NCBI GenBank assembly: GCA_003645085.1
Contig: QNEE01000003.1
Coordinates: 1 to 35,685 of the forward strand
Length of the DNA stretch: 35,685 nt
From: a bacterium
GTDB taxonomy: Bacteria; UBP14; UBA6098
Direction of reading: 5' to 3'
Shown here: piece after piece, positions 1-9,691 of the stretch
Position numbering within the stretch: the first letter of the stretch is position 1
How the letters are laid out: each line of letters starts with the position of its first letter
The notes under the pieces: model-generated
What the model was told of the DNA's origin: nothing
Seen by the model: only the letters and a program-made list of their open reading frames with translations
Database searches by the model: none
Position numbers and translations under genes: made by a program

Positions 1-1
1 C

Positions 2-1657
2 CAAAATAACTATGTCGGCACAGAGGACGGAATAGGTATCTACGCCGTGAGCGTTCCTATAGATTATTACGGAATCGGCGTCATCGGCGAAGGTGGTTAT
101 ATCGGCGTCGAAGGTGATGTCTATCCGACCGGCAGCGATTATTATTATGGTGTCTACGGTTATATCGACGGCGGCGACGGATATAACTACGCTTTATACG
201 GTGAAAGCTACGGTGATGGCGAAAACTACGGCGCTTACCTAAACGCTTTCGATAACGGTTCTGGATTTAGCATAAACTATGGTGTTTATGCCGATGCCTG
301 GGGCGGCGACGAAAACTATGGTATATACGCTACCGCGGGTGGCGGAAGCATTAATTTCGCTGGATATTTCGATGGCGACGTCTATATCGCCGGATGGTCC
401 GAATTCGATGACGATGTAGATTTCAACTTCGATATCTACATTTCCGGTGGTATCAACGATGGTGTCGGGTTCGGTAGCGCGGGCGAGGTTCTCACAGCCG
501 ATGGCGCCGGGAACTTCTCGTGGCAGGTTCCCGCAACGGCTCGGTTCGACACATTGAACGCTACAGCTCACGACACGGTGGTTGTATCCGAAGCGCTCAA
601 AGTTATGGGCGAACTTATCGCCGACTCTATACAGGCCGTTATCGACACCGTTTATATCGATGACGACATCCTGATAGACGGCAGCGGGGTTTTCCAGACC
701 GCAAACACACCTACTATCCTGTATACGGAGAGTTTCGAATCTGGAGACCCGCCGACAGGTTGGGCAGAAACCGACGTTGTCGGAACGGCAGACCTTTCAT
801 ATCTTGGCGCCAGTCAGAATCCTGCTGGATACTCGCCGACCGACGGCGCCACATTAGTTAATTTCAACTCGCATACCTGTGCAAACGGCGACCAGATACA
901 ACTCGAACAAACATCGAGCTTCTCCACGGTTGGCTATAACTTGGTGATTGTCTATTTCGATATGCTACACGATACAGACTACTCCGGAAATAACGACAAA
1001 GTTGTTGTCCGTTATTCGACGGACGGCACCGTCTGGAATAACGCCGCGACCTGCTTCCGCCACGATGGCACTACTGGTTGGTCTACCGAATCCGTTACGC
1101 TGCCGGCTGGAGCGAATAATCAACCTACGTTGTTCATCGCGTTCTTGTTTATCTCATACAATGGCAATGATATGCATATCGACAATATGGTTGTCCAGGG
1201 TTATACATCCGCGTCACCTATGGGCGAGGTCACTATCGCTAACGGCGATATCGATGCTAACGGTATAATCACCGCGAGCGGCGGAAACTCCGATGAATGG
1301 AACACAGCTTATAGCTGGGGCGACCACTCGACTATGGGGTATATTACCTGTGCCGATGTCCCCGGATGCGAAACCGACCCTCAGGTCGGCGCAAATTCGC
1401 CCAACTATATACCGAAATGGAACGGCACGGCACTTGTTCAGGGCACCCTTTTCGACAACGGCAACATCGGTATCGATGTAATCCCCAGCAGCAAGCTCGA
1501 TGTCGACGGCGATATCGAGGTCGGTGATGCCGATGCGTTTTATTTCGGCGACCCGAATACTGACGGGACCTGGCGAATTATAAGAGTCGGTAATAATCTG
1601 GAATTCCAAAGAAGAGAAAGTGGCGTGTGGAATACAAAAGACACAATGACTCCATAA
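2..1657 (+). CDS. Large surface/fibre-like protein, 5'-partial (YG/GVYG beta-repeats, adhesin-like beta-sandwich, fibre-type C-terminus)
   Basis: The frame is open from position 2 (QNNYVGTEDGIGIYAV...), so the true start is upstream of the window. Repeats YGVYG/YALYG/YGVYA/YGIYA/FAGYF, an 'ESFESG..P.GW...IDN' sandwich domain, and motifs WNTAYSWGDH, ETDPQVG, GNIGI..PSSKLDVDG. Confidence 0.75.
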   Translation, partial: QNNYVGTEDGIGIYAVSVPIDYYGIGVIGEGGYIGVEGDVYPTGSDYYYGVYGYIDGGDGYNYALYGESYGDGENYGAYLNAFDNGSGFSINYGVYADAWGGDENYGIYATAGGGSINFAGYFDGDVYIAGWSEFDDDVDFNFDIYISGGINDGVGFGSAGEVLTADGAGNFSWQVPATARFDTLNATAHDTVVVSEALKVMGELIADSIQAVIDTVYIDDDILIDGSGVFQTANTPTILYTESFESGDPPTGWAETDVVGTADLSYLGASQNPAGYSPTDGATLVNFNSHTCANGDQIQLEQTSSFSTVGYNLVIVYFDMLHDTDYSGNNDKVVVRYSTDGTVWNNAATCFRHDGTTGWSTESVTLPAGANNQPTLFIAFLFISYNGNDMHIDNMVVQGYTSASPMGEVTIANGDIDANGIITASGGNSDEWNTAYSWGDHSTMGYITCADVPGCETDPQVGANSPNYIPKWNGTALVQGTLFDNGNIGIDVIPSSKLDVDGDIEVGDADAFYFGDPNTDGTWRIIRVGNNLEFQRRESGVWNTKDTMTP

Positions 1658-1705
1658 TTTGGTATAAGTCAAAATCATACAAAGACTAACCAAAAAGGAG
1701 TCAAA

Positions 1706-3802
1706 ATGAGAAAGCAAAATACAAAAATAACAAAGAAACGAGGCCCGGGGTTTTGGCCACTGTTTCTTTTACCGCTCCTTATCGCGGGCGTTATCGCCGA
1801 AGGCATACCGGAGATGACCGGAACGAGCCATATCCTGGTGCGTGATGTTTTCGGCACAGCCGGCAACTTTGGGCGCACAGGAGCTTCCTATGTTGTTCAT
1901 GACGCTATCGGGCAACCGTATCCGGTCTTCTACCCCGATTCCTCTCTGGGAGCTTCTAACGAACTTCTCGTAGGGTTTCTTCCACCTGACCAATACGACA
2001 ATATTCCACCGCAAAGCTGGGTCTGGGTCGAACATCGTTATAATCCAGATACAATGATAATAGTCCACTGGCTCGGCGACGATTACGACCCGATAACAGG
2101 CTCCGATAACGGTATTTTCTGTTACGATGTCGATTACCGTGTCGACGGAGGCGGATGGCTCAACTGGCTCGTTTGCACAACGGATACCGTGGACACATTC
2201 GGGCCGGGACTGATGGCTCACGATTACGAATTTCGGGTTCGCGCAACAGATGGAGTCGGTAACGTCGAACCGTGGCCTATCGACCCGGATAGCTTTGCTC
2301 TAACAACAATAGACTATCTTATAAACCTAAAAGTGCCAGTAGCGGTTGGTGGATTGCCGCTCGATGCCGCGAACTATATCAATTACTCCCACTACGACAC
2401 TTCAGCTACTATCTTCAGTTCGGGCAATACCTACGATAGCGCTTTCGTATGGTGCGTTCCGGGTTCCGAATTAATTCTATCCCTTACTTCGGTGGGCTCC
2501 GGTTTCAGTGAGCAGTGGATTACAAACGACCCTACGAATCGGACTATTATCGGTCCTGGAACTGAGACCGCGACGTATTACCACCAGTTCAAAACCTATC
2601 TCGAACTAATCGGCACTGACGCCGTCCATGTGGCGACTCTCGAAGAATTGACCCAGTTCGCAACGACGATATCCGGGCTACCTTACTTCGGCTTTTTCGA
2701 CGATTGGGTGGACCGCCTCGGGACGCTCCGGTTCTCCGAATATACGGCAGGAGTTCCGCCGAGAAGGACCTACGATGTTCGCGAGTGGACTAATATCACT
2801 ACCTCGATTTACGACACGATTTGCTACGGTGTGTCGATGGTTACTATAAAAAACGATTTCGGGGTTTCCGATACGGGTTATGTAATCGTCGATTGGGACA
2901 CGTTCCCGTCCCCTTACGTAACCTACTGGACGATTGGAACTCGGCACGTAATCGAGACGATTACACCACAGCTTACAACCGAGTTCGACCGCTATGTTTT
3001 CAATGCGTGGAGCGACGGCGGCGGAATTAGGCATACCGTCGATTTCGACGGAACGACGTCAGAATACATAGCCTATTTCGATAAACAATACCCCGTAACG
3101 ATTTCCAAGACACCCGAAGAGCCTTACGGCTGGATAGCGTTCGACGAAGATACCGCCTGGGGAACGGCACAGGAGACCTTCTGGTCATACCCATCCGAGA
3201 CGCACACTATAGCGGTATCCGATTCGGACGCATATATGGATTCGATATGGACGTTCAGTCATTGGCTCGATGGAATTTCCACCCCGCAACGCGTCGTAAC
3301 GATACATTCCCACGTCCATTATGTCGCTATATACGATGAGTCCATTGCTCCGTATATCCTATCTTTCGATATGTCGGATACCGTTTGGAATATAGGTATT
3401 GTCAATATCGGCGAAACCCGCGTTATGAACGATTACGAGTCGATTGTGCTGACAAATACCGGCGATATATCGCTCGATTGGGGACTTTGGATACGCACTA
3501 CCGGTGAGCATTGGTCCACAGGATTTACACCCGGTTGGGATAGGTTTACACTCAGGGCGCGTTTTACTGGGTCGAGTATCGCTCCTACACCGTTCGAATA
3601 CCACGCTGTAAACGACTGGGTAAAAGAGAGTATGATATGGTCCACGACATCGATATTCGGCCCGGGTGGCAGCGACGTTCCGCCCACTGGCACGAATTGG
3701 GCATATTCCTGGTTTATGTTCAAAGCGCCGACCTGGTCTACATACGGAACGGTAAGCGAGGTTCTTCGCGTAGGAGTTCTCGCGAGGGCGCATATGCCGT
3801 AA
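1706..3802 (+). CDS. Secreted multi-domain beta-rich protein (FN3-like domain, 'Y.F..WSDGG' bacterial repeats)
   Basis: RBS AAGGAG before the ATG; signal peptide; YEFRVRATDGVGN (FN3/Ig-like); RYVFNAWSDGG and WTFSHWLDG repeats. Confidence 0.75.
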   Translation: MRKQNTKITKKRGPGFWPLFLLPLLIAGVIAEGIPEMTGTSHILVRDVFGTAGNFGRTGASYVVHDAIGQPYPVFYPDSSLGASNELLVGFLPPDQYDNIPPQSWVWVEHRYNPDTMIIVHWLGDDYDPITGSDNGIFCYDVDYRVDGGGWLNWLVCTTDTVDTFGPGLMAHDYEFRVRATDGVGNVEPWPIDPDSFALTTIDYLINLKVPVAVGGLPLDAANYINYSHYDTSATIFSSGNTYDSAFVWCVPGSELILSLTSVGSGFSEQWITNDPTNRTIIGPGTETATYYHQFKTYLELIGTDAVHVATLEELTQFATTISGLPYFGFFDDWVDRLGTLRFSEYTAGVPPRRTYDVREWTNITTSIYDTICYGVSMVTIKNDFGVSDTGYVIVDWDTFPSPYVTYWTIGTRHVIETITPQLTTEFDRYVFNAWSDGGGIRHTVDFDGTTSEYIAYFDKQYPVTISKTPEEPYGWIAFDEDTAWGTAQETFWSYPSETHTIAVSDSDAYMDSIWTFSHWLDGISTPQRVVTIHSHVHYVAIYDESIAPYILSFDMSDTVWNIGIVNIGETRVMNDYESIVLTNTGDISLDWGLWIRTTGEHWSTGFTPGWDRFTLRARFTGSSIAPTPFEYHAVNDWVKESMIWSTTSIFGPGGSDVPPTGTNWAYSWFMFKAPTWSTYGTVSEVLRVGVLARAHMP

Positions 3803-3823
3803 TAGTCGGGAATTTAAATGTAG

Positions 3824-3852
3824 AAAAAAAGCCCGCTTCTATGCGGGCTTTT
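3824..3852. terminator. Bidirectional rho-independent terminator
   Basis: AAAAAAAGCCCGC-ttctat-GCGGGCTTTT between convergent genes. Confidence 0.85.
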
Positions 3853-5047
3853 GATATTTATCTTGGACAGGTTCTATCCTTATTTTCAAAATTGACCTGG
3901 GGTTTCGCTTCAACACCAAAAACGACCAATTGTTCCAATAGACAGTTTCGCCTTCGGCCGGTATATTGTGGTTTAGCTCTTCTATAAACCCGGCTATAGT
4001 CTTATAGGGACCTTGAGGAATCTCGGTTTGAATAATAGATTCGAGTTGTTCGATATTCAAGAAGCCATCGACGATATAGCCAGTGGCCGTCCGTCCGCAT
4101 ATAGCTCGCCTGCTTCCCCGCGGAACCCCGGAAAGAAAGTCTATTAAGGACTCGAATGAAACACCGCCAGTAACGCTACCGTGTTCATCGACAACGAAAG
4201 CGAAATCGGTATCCGAATCGTCCATTTCCGCAAAAAGATTTATAACCGATGTCCCTTCGGGGACAAAAAACGGCTCGGTAATCGCATCTTTCAATATGCT
4301 GTATTTACCTGAGATTAAATCTCTTGTGTCGACGGCGCCTTCTATTTCACCCAATTCGCTTTCTACTATAAGCCTTCCGACCTTCCTGCGCTTAGCAAAT
4401 TCTACGACTCGAGGAAGCGGTGTATCCTCCGAAACGACCGTGAATTCCGTTCTGGGCAGCATAATATCAAACGCAGTCCTGTTTGCGAACTCGAATATTA
4501 AAAGTAATAACGCGTTCCTGCTACTCCCAAGGTCGATTTTTCCCTTTCTTGTTACTAATTCCAAATCGCTCCAATCGGGTGGCGGTGCCGGTTTCACAAT
4601 CCTGTGGACAATTTTAACCACCGCGCCGGAAAGCGCGTTTGTAACGGAAGATGCCGGTTTCAGCAACATAGCGGCCAGATTGAACGGCTTCGAAGCGAAC
4701 ATAGCGAATGACTCCGGCGCCGAAAGCGCGCGGCTTTTCGGCAAGACCTCACAGAAAATCAGGCTTATAATGGAGATAGTAATAAGCGAGTAAACTCCAC
4801 CAATCTCCCCGAAAAACCGAATAAACAGTGCCGCCGATATAGAGCTGGCGACAATAATAGATATATTCGTCCCAATAAGTGTAACCGAGAAAATATTCTC
4901 CGGCATATCGAGCCACCGGCTTATAGAGGAAGGCAAATTCTCCAAACGCTTTTTATCGCGAAGAAGCGCAATTAGGGCTGTTTCGGTCCCGGCAAAAAAG
5001 GCCGTTCCGAGAAGCCCGATAAGTATTATAACTATCGATAGTATCAT
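3839..5047 (-). CDS. CNNM/CorC-HlyC family protein (DUF21 + CBS pair + CorC_HlyC)
   Basis: AFFAGTETAL, TLIGTN, EVLPKS, DIMLPR, VVDEHGSVTG and YKTIAGF motifs. Confidence 0.9.
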   Translation of the reverse strand: MILSIVIILIGLLGTAFFAGTETALIALLRDKKRLENLPSSISRWLDMPENIFSVTLIGTNISIIVASSISAALFIRFFGEIGGVYSLITISIISLIFCEVLPKSRALSAPESFAMFASKPFNLAAMLLKPASSVTNALSGAVVKIVHRIVKPAPPPDWSDLELVTRKGKIDLGSSRNALLLLIFEFANRTAFDIMLPRTEFTVVSEDTPLPRVVEFAKRRKVGRLIVESELGEIEGAVDTRDLISGKYSILKDAITEPFFVPEGTSVINLFAEMDDSDTDFAFVVDEHGSVTGGVSFESLIDFLSGVPRGSRRAICGRTATGYIVDGFLNIEQLESIIQTEIPQGPYKTIAGFIEELNHNIPAEGETVYWNNWSFLVLKRNPRSILKIRIEPVQDKYQKPA

Positions 5048-6264
5048 TCCGTCAATTCTTTAACCGCCACGCGGTCGATTTTCTGGGAATCCGCATAAAT
5101 AACCCTGAAAAGAAATCCTTCGACTTCTATCGAATCGCCCGGCGACGGCACTTCCCCAAACGCCTCTATTAGGTATTCTCCGAGATTACTACTGCTATCG
5201 CTCTTGAAGTCTACCCCAAAAGTTTCATTGAATTGAGCTAGTTGAATTGTGGCCGGTAGAAGATAAAATCCCCCGATTCTCGACAGCCGGGAGATATCAG
5301 CCTTACGACCGGTGTCCCCTTTCCCAAATACGGCCTCTAATATACGGTTACGGGTTACTATCCCGACCATATCTCCCTTTTCATTTACTACTATAACCTG
5401 CCTACATTTCGTCGTTCGAACATCGTCCAGCAGGTTCGGCAGTGAGCGGTTTAGAGGGGCGAATATCGGTTTTTCCGCAAATTCCGATATTTTCTTTGTG
5501 CCGCTTTTGAAAAGGAGTTTGTCTCTTTCGATTATCTTTGGTTTTTCTCCCGGTTTGCCCTTTACTATCGCATACTTCGCGTGAATCTCCTGTAATTTCG
5601 TTTGCGCTTCTTCGATGGTCGTCGAAGCATCCAGGAAATGGATTTGCGACCTCGGAACCATTATATCTTCCGCCATAACATTGTCCAGGGCCAGAACGTG
5701 AAGAAGCAATTCTTTGGAGCGTTCCTTTATAGCGCCTCTTTGTTGAGCGAGTTCCAGCGTGCTTTCAATATCGACCTCACCTAAACGCATATCATCTTCA
5801 ATCCGGGGACCGAGGAAAAAAGTTTGTATAACCCTCAAAACCCACACGAAAGGTGATGCAATAATAAGAACAACCTCGAGTGCTCGCGAACCCATTCTCG
5901 CCCATAGCTCGTTATGTTCGACGGCGATTACCTTTGGGGTAATCTCGCCAAAAATGAGTATCAAGACGGTCATAACAGCCACGGCAACAGGGACGCCACC
6001 GGGGCCGAGCAATTCCAAAAACGCACTCGTAGTCAGAGTCGTTGCCGCTACGTTCACAACCATATTGCCAACCAGAATACCCGCCAGAAGCCGCGCCGGG
6101 TCGCCTAACAAACGGGCAACTTCGCTTCCTCCGCGGAGCTTCCGAACGGTCATCCTCTCGACATCGAAACGCGAAAGCGAAAAAAAGGCGGTTTCCGAGC
6201 CGGAGAAAAAAGCGGACATAGCGAGCAGTATTCCGAGACAGATTAGTTCGATAAAGATAACCAT
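5044..6264 (-). CDS. CNNM/CorC-HlyC family protein (DUF21 + CBS pair + CorC_HlyC)
   Basis: SAFFSGSETAFFSL, ILVGN, GEITPK and DIMVPR motifs; 4-bp overlap with the downstream paralog. Confidence 0.9.
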   Translation of the reverse strand: MVIFIELICLGILLAMSAFFSGSETAFFSLSRFDVERMTVRKLRGGSEVARLLGDPARLLAGILVGNMVVNVAATTLTTSAFLELLGPGGVPVAVAVMTVLILIFGEITPKVIAVEHNELWARMGSRALEVVLIIASPFVWVLRVIQTFFLGPRIEDDMRLGEVDIESTLELAQQRGAIKERSKELLLHVLALDNVMAEDIMVPRSQIHFLDASTTIEEAQTKLQEIHAKYAIVKGKPGEKPKIIERDKLLFKSGTKKISEFAEKPIFAPLNRSLPNLLDDVRTTKCRQVIVVNEKGDMVGIVTRNRILEAVFGKGDTGRKADISRLSRIGGFYLLPATIQLAQFNETFGVDFKSDSSSNLGEYLIEAFGEVPSPGDSIEVEGFLFRVIYADSQKIDRVAVKELTE

Positions 6265-6265
6265 C

Positions 6266-7201
6266 TTACAACGACAACTCCTCTGTCTTTATCTGCGAAC
6301 GCAGGTTTTCGATGTCCTCCAAACTACCCTGAGCTGTGCCTTCTGCCATAGCCGTAGCGGTTCCGCAGGCAACGCCGAGACAGACAGCATCTTCTAATGA
6401 AAGCCCGTTCTCGAGGCCCCAGGCGATTCCTGCGACGAGGCTATCTCCGGAACCCACTGTGTTCACAGTTTCGACTTCGGGGGGATAACAATGGAACCCG
6501 GTTTCGGCGGTTAAAACATAAACCCCGTCGGCGCCGCAGGAAATCACCACAATGCTGAGTTCTCCTTTGATAAGTTCTTTCGAGGCTTCTATTAAATCCT
6601 CTGGATGCGGCAATTCGCGGCCGATAAGTCTTTCGAGTTCATGCCGATTCGGTTTAATCATATATGGTGTCGCGGCGAGACCTCGCATAAGAGGTTCGCC
6701 ATCGGCGTCGAAAATAACCCTCGCTCCGAGACCCTCGAACGTAAGTATTAGTTGCGCGTATATACTCGGCGAAAGCCCCGGCGGGACGCTACCAGAAATA
6801 ACGGCGAACGTCGGCGACGGTCTAAGACTGCGAACCTGTTCGAGAAGCAATCCAAGTTCGACCGGCTCAATCTCCGGCCCAGAGGCATTAACCTTAATTT
6901 CCCGGTCGCTATCGGCGGCATGGATTATTATATTCGTCCGTGTTTCGCCGCCTATGCGGATAAAATCGTGAGGTATCCCCTCGTTAAGAAGCCTACCCTC
7001 TATCTCCAGTCCGGTAAAACCGCCTAAAAAACCGAGAGCCACCGAATCTCCGCCAAGCGTTCTAATCATACGCGAAACGTCTATTCCTTTGCCCCCGGGG
7101 TATCTTTCTTCGCGGATTATTCGGCAGGTGTCGTCGAACTTAAACTCCTCGACCCAGATAGTCCTATCCAGAGCGGGATTTAAAGTAACGGTATATATCA
7201 T
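6266..7201 (-). CDS. pfkB: 1-phosphofructokinase family hexose kinase (PfkB)
   Basis: MIYTVTLNPALD, GGKGIDV, KPNRHEL and NTVGSGDS motifs. Confidence 0.9.
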   Translation of the reverse strand: MIYTVTLNPALDRTIWVEEFKFDDTCRIIREERYPGGKGIDVSRMIRTLGGDSVALGFLGGFTGLEIEGRLLNEGIPHDFIRIGGETRTNIIIHAADSDREIKVNASGPEIEPVELGLLLEQVRSLRPSPTFAVISGSVPPGLSPSIYAQLILTFEGLGARVIFDADGEPLMRGLAATPYMIKPNRHELERLIGRELPHPEDLIEASKELIKGELSIVVISCGADGVYVLTAETGFHCYPPEVETVNTVGSGDSLVAGIAWGLENGLSLEDAVCLGVACGTATAMAEGTAQGSLEDIENLRSQIKTEELSL

Positions 7202-7241
7202 AATTCCCCCATTTTTCAGTTCTGAATTTCTAATTCACTTC

Positions 7242-7922
7242 CTAACCGCTTTCCGCAAACGGGCTTTTCGCCTGAGCCTCTGCGACCATTCTCAAGAGCA
7301 TTTTCCGCAAGGTGGTCAGAACCAGATATACAGCCAGCGCGGCCAGGACCTTCGTAAAAAGAAGGAAATCGTAAAGCCCGTGGAAAAAAGCGCTCAATAT
7401 AAAGCCCTTCGCAAGAAGGGATAGTCTATTTTCCCTGCCGAATTTAGCTTTTCCAATAGCATAGCCCCAGATACTGGAAAAAAGCATATGTCCAAGGGTC
7501 GAAAGCGGGCCACGAAGGAGAATAACAAAAGCTCCAAATTTTTTAATATATATAATGTTTTCAGCCGAGGCAAACCCCAGCGCTGCTGCGGCAGCATAAA
7601 CTATTCCGTCCATCGGCTCGTTGAAAGTCCGCCTATACGACACAAGCCCGATTACAAGCAAGAATTTAGCTCCCTCCTCGACAAGTCCGGCCACAAACCA
7701 GCTAACCTTTGCGGCATCGGCGGTCGTTCTTATTGTATCGACACCTAATCCGCTGGATAGAGGTTTTTCGATAAGAACGCACAATGGCACCAATAACGCA
7801 CCACAGATAAAGACCAGAATGACCCATCCGATAGGTTCCGGTTCGAGTTTATCCTTTTTATAGACATATACGAGCCAGATTATCCCGGGGACAAATGCCA
7901 GTATCCATACGAGTATGCCCAC
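7242..7922 (-). CDS. prsW: PrsW family intramembrane glutamic protease
   Basis: DKLEPEP, GLVEEGAK, DGIVY, GFASAEN and HGLYD motifs. Confidence 0.9.
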   Translation of the reverse strand: MGILVWILAFVPGIIWLVYVYKKDKLEPEPIGWVILVFICGALLVPLCVLIEKPLSSGLGVDTIRTTADAAKVSWFVAGLVEEGAKFLLVIGLVSYRRTFNEPMDGIVYAAAAALGFASAENIIYIKKFGAFVILLRGPLSTLGHMLFSSIWGYAIGKAKFGRENRLSLLAKGFILSAFFHGLYDFLLFTKVLAALAVYLVLTTLRKMLLRMVAEAQAKSPFAESG

Positions 7923-7930
7923 AATTTCCC

Positions 7931-9169
7931 TTAGAAACTACCCTTATTGGCAACCTTACCCGCAGTCGAAGCGCTTGCCAGGAATGTCTCTCCGGCACCT
8001 TGTTTCCCCTTGAAATTACGGTTTCCGGTGGAAACCTGGACCTCGCCCGACCCGGTCATCCCTATCTGTCCACTGGCACACCCTCCGCAGGCGGCGTGAC
8101 TTATAACAGCCCCGGCATCGAAAAGTTTCTGGTATATACCCTCTTCTATTGCGAGCCTTAATGTCCGTTTTGTCGCGGGAACAACGCGTAAATTCAATCG
8201 GGGCGCTATTTCGTTTTCTATATTTTCCGCCAGCGCTTTGAGGTCCGATATTCTCCCACCGGTGCAACTTCCTACAAAGACGCTATCGACTCTTCTACTC
8301 TTAAAATCGCTAACAGGATGGATATTATGGGGCTCGAAAGGCGCCGCAACCAGCGGCTCGAGGTTTCCTATATCGATTGTATATTCCGCCTGGTAATGCG
8401 CGTCCGGGTCCGCACTGATAATCCGGTAATCGCCCGAGGTCCACCGGCTAAGCTCTTCTACCAACGAATCTTCGGGCGGGATAATAATGCTAACCAAGCC
8501 CATCTCTGTGGCCATACTCGCTATGGTAATTCTATCATCGAGACCGGCGGCGGACACCCAATCACCATAAAGTTCGACAACATATCCGAGTAATCCGCTG
8601 GCGCCGAATCTTCGGATTATCGCCAAAACGACATCTTTAGCGGAAACGTCTTCCCTGTTGGGCGTTCCTTTAAGGTTCAGTCTGACGACCGGTGGAACCT
8701 CGAACCAGACCCTCCCTGTTTTGAACGCGAACGCGATGTCCCTATCGCCCATACCCTGACCGAAAGCTCCTATAGCGCCCATAATATTGAAATGCGAATC
8801 CGTTCCGACCGCTGTCATACCGGGTTTAATATGACCGTTCTCGATAAGAATATGCGTGCCGATACCGTGCCCAACATCGTAAAGATGCGTTCCCTGTTCG
8901 TGCGCGAAAGTCCTGGCTATGTGCTGATTTTCGGCATAGGGTATAGTATTAGCCGGTGAAACGCAATCGAATGTAAAGTAGGTTTTCTTGGGGTCGTCGA
9001 GCATTTTCGCGCCTCCGTATTCGCGTCGCAGATGCGCAACTACATTCGCTCCGCCGAAATCTCTCGCGCTTCGGATATCGATATCGAGCCATATAGTATC
9101 TCCCACCGAGAATTCCCAGGGAGGTTTTGTATGTTCGGAAAATATTTTTTCTATAATCGTTTTACCCAT
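7931..9169 (-). CDS. Aconitase-family large subunit (3-isopropylmalate dehydratase LeuC / homoaconitase-like), divergent
   Basis: MGKTIIEKI, GTDSH, GSCTGGR and CGGC (three Fe-S Cys), STGNRNFKG, LAS. Confidence 0.85.
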   Translation of the reverse strand: MGKTIIEKIFSEHTKPPWEFSVGDTIWLDIDIRSARDFGGANVVAHLRREYGGAKMLDDPKKTYFTFDCVSPANTIPYAENQHIARTFAHEQGTHLYDVGHGIGTHILIENGHIKPGMTAVGTDSHFNIMGAIGAFGQGMGDRDIAFAFKTGRVWFEVPPVVRLNLKGTPNREDVSAKDVVLAIIRRFGASGLLGYVVELYGDWVSAAGLDDRITIASMATEMGLVSIIIPPEDSLVEELSRWTSGDYRIISADPDAHYQAEYTIDIGNLEPLVAAPFEPHNIHPVSDFKSRRVDSVFVGSCTGGRISDLKALAENIENEIAPRLNLRVVPATKRTLRLAIEEGIYQKLFDAGAVISHAACGGCASGQIGMTGSGEVQVSTGNRNFKGKQGAGETFLASASTAGKVANKGSF

Positions 9170-9224
9170 TTCGACTCCCGGACATTTTTATGATTGAATT
9201 ACCGATACAAAATAAACTAATAGA

Positions 9225-9372
9225 ACGTCATTGCGAGTTATACGAGCCATAGAAGAAGCAAAAGCGACGAGGCAATCTTGTTGAGTCATTACCAGACAAT
9301 AAAATGATAAAATGAGATTGCCACGCCCAAATAAATTGTGGCTCGACCCGTAACCAGTATGTGCAACGACGT
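9225..9372. repeat. GTCATTGCGAG-type palindromic (REP/RPE-like) element, copy 1
   Basis: ACGTCATTGCGAG...GGCAATCT...GAGATTGCCACG...GCAACGACGT, with nested inverted repeats; related to 18228-18343. Confidence 0.7.
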
Positions 9373-9406
9373 AATTATCTAATTTCGCAGAACCCATATT
9401 CGGTTA

Positions 9407-9435
9407 AAAATAAGGAGAACCTTCTTTTTTTGCAA
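9407..9435 (-). promoter_or_regulatory. Putative sigma70 promoter for the aconitase-family operon
   Basis: TTGCAA-17 bp-TATTTT on the minus strand. Confidence 0.4.
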
Positions 9436-9640
9436 GAGGAGAATAATCGAGGAGTGTCGGGTAATGGGACAAGGTATTTAGTATGCGACCAAAGGGGGTT
9501 CGTGAGGCCTCAAATTTAAACGCAATTCTGTTACCCGCTTTAAAACCGTGGACTTATTCCCTTCACCCGTCTGGAAAAGGTTACGAAGGCCTGATGAAGG
9601 ATAATATAATTTTTCGAGAAACTTATCATCCATTATTCGC

Positions 9641-9669
9641 TTGACAATACATTGATAAATAATTATTCT
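9641..9669 (+). promoter_or_regulatory. Putative sigma70 promoter
   Basis: TTGACA-17 bp-TATTCT, followed by RBS AAGGGGG and the ATG at 9692. Confidence 0.65.
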
Positions 9670-9691
9670 ATTACTAAATTAAGGGGGCCTA

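Noticed and set aside
4083-4793. Long antisense or alternate-frame ORFs (e.g. 4083-4793, 5759-6397, 20176-20763, 24785-25468, 33758-34453)
   Set aside because: They are shadows of well-supported genes on the opposite strand and have no motifs.
3839-6264. Tandem CNNM paralogs as a novelty
   Set aside because: Paired DUF21-CBS genes are a common arrangement.
9591-9625. CTGATGA...GAAA resembling a hammerhead ribozyme core
   Set aside because: No proper stem II closes onto GAAA, and no convincing stems I or III are present.
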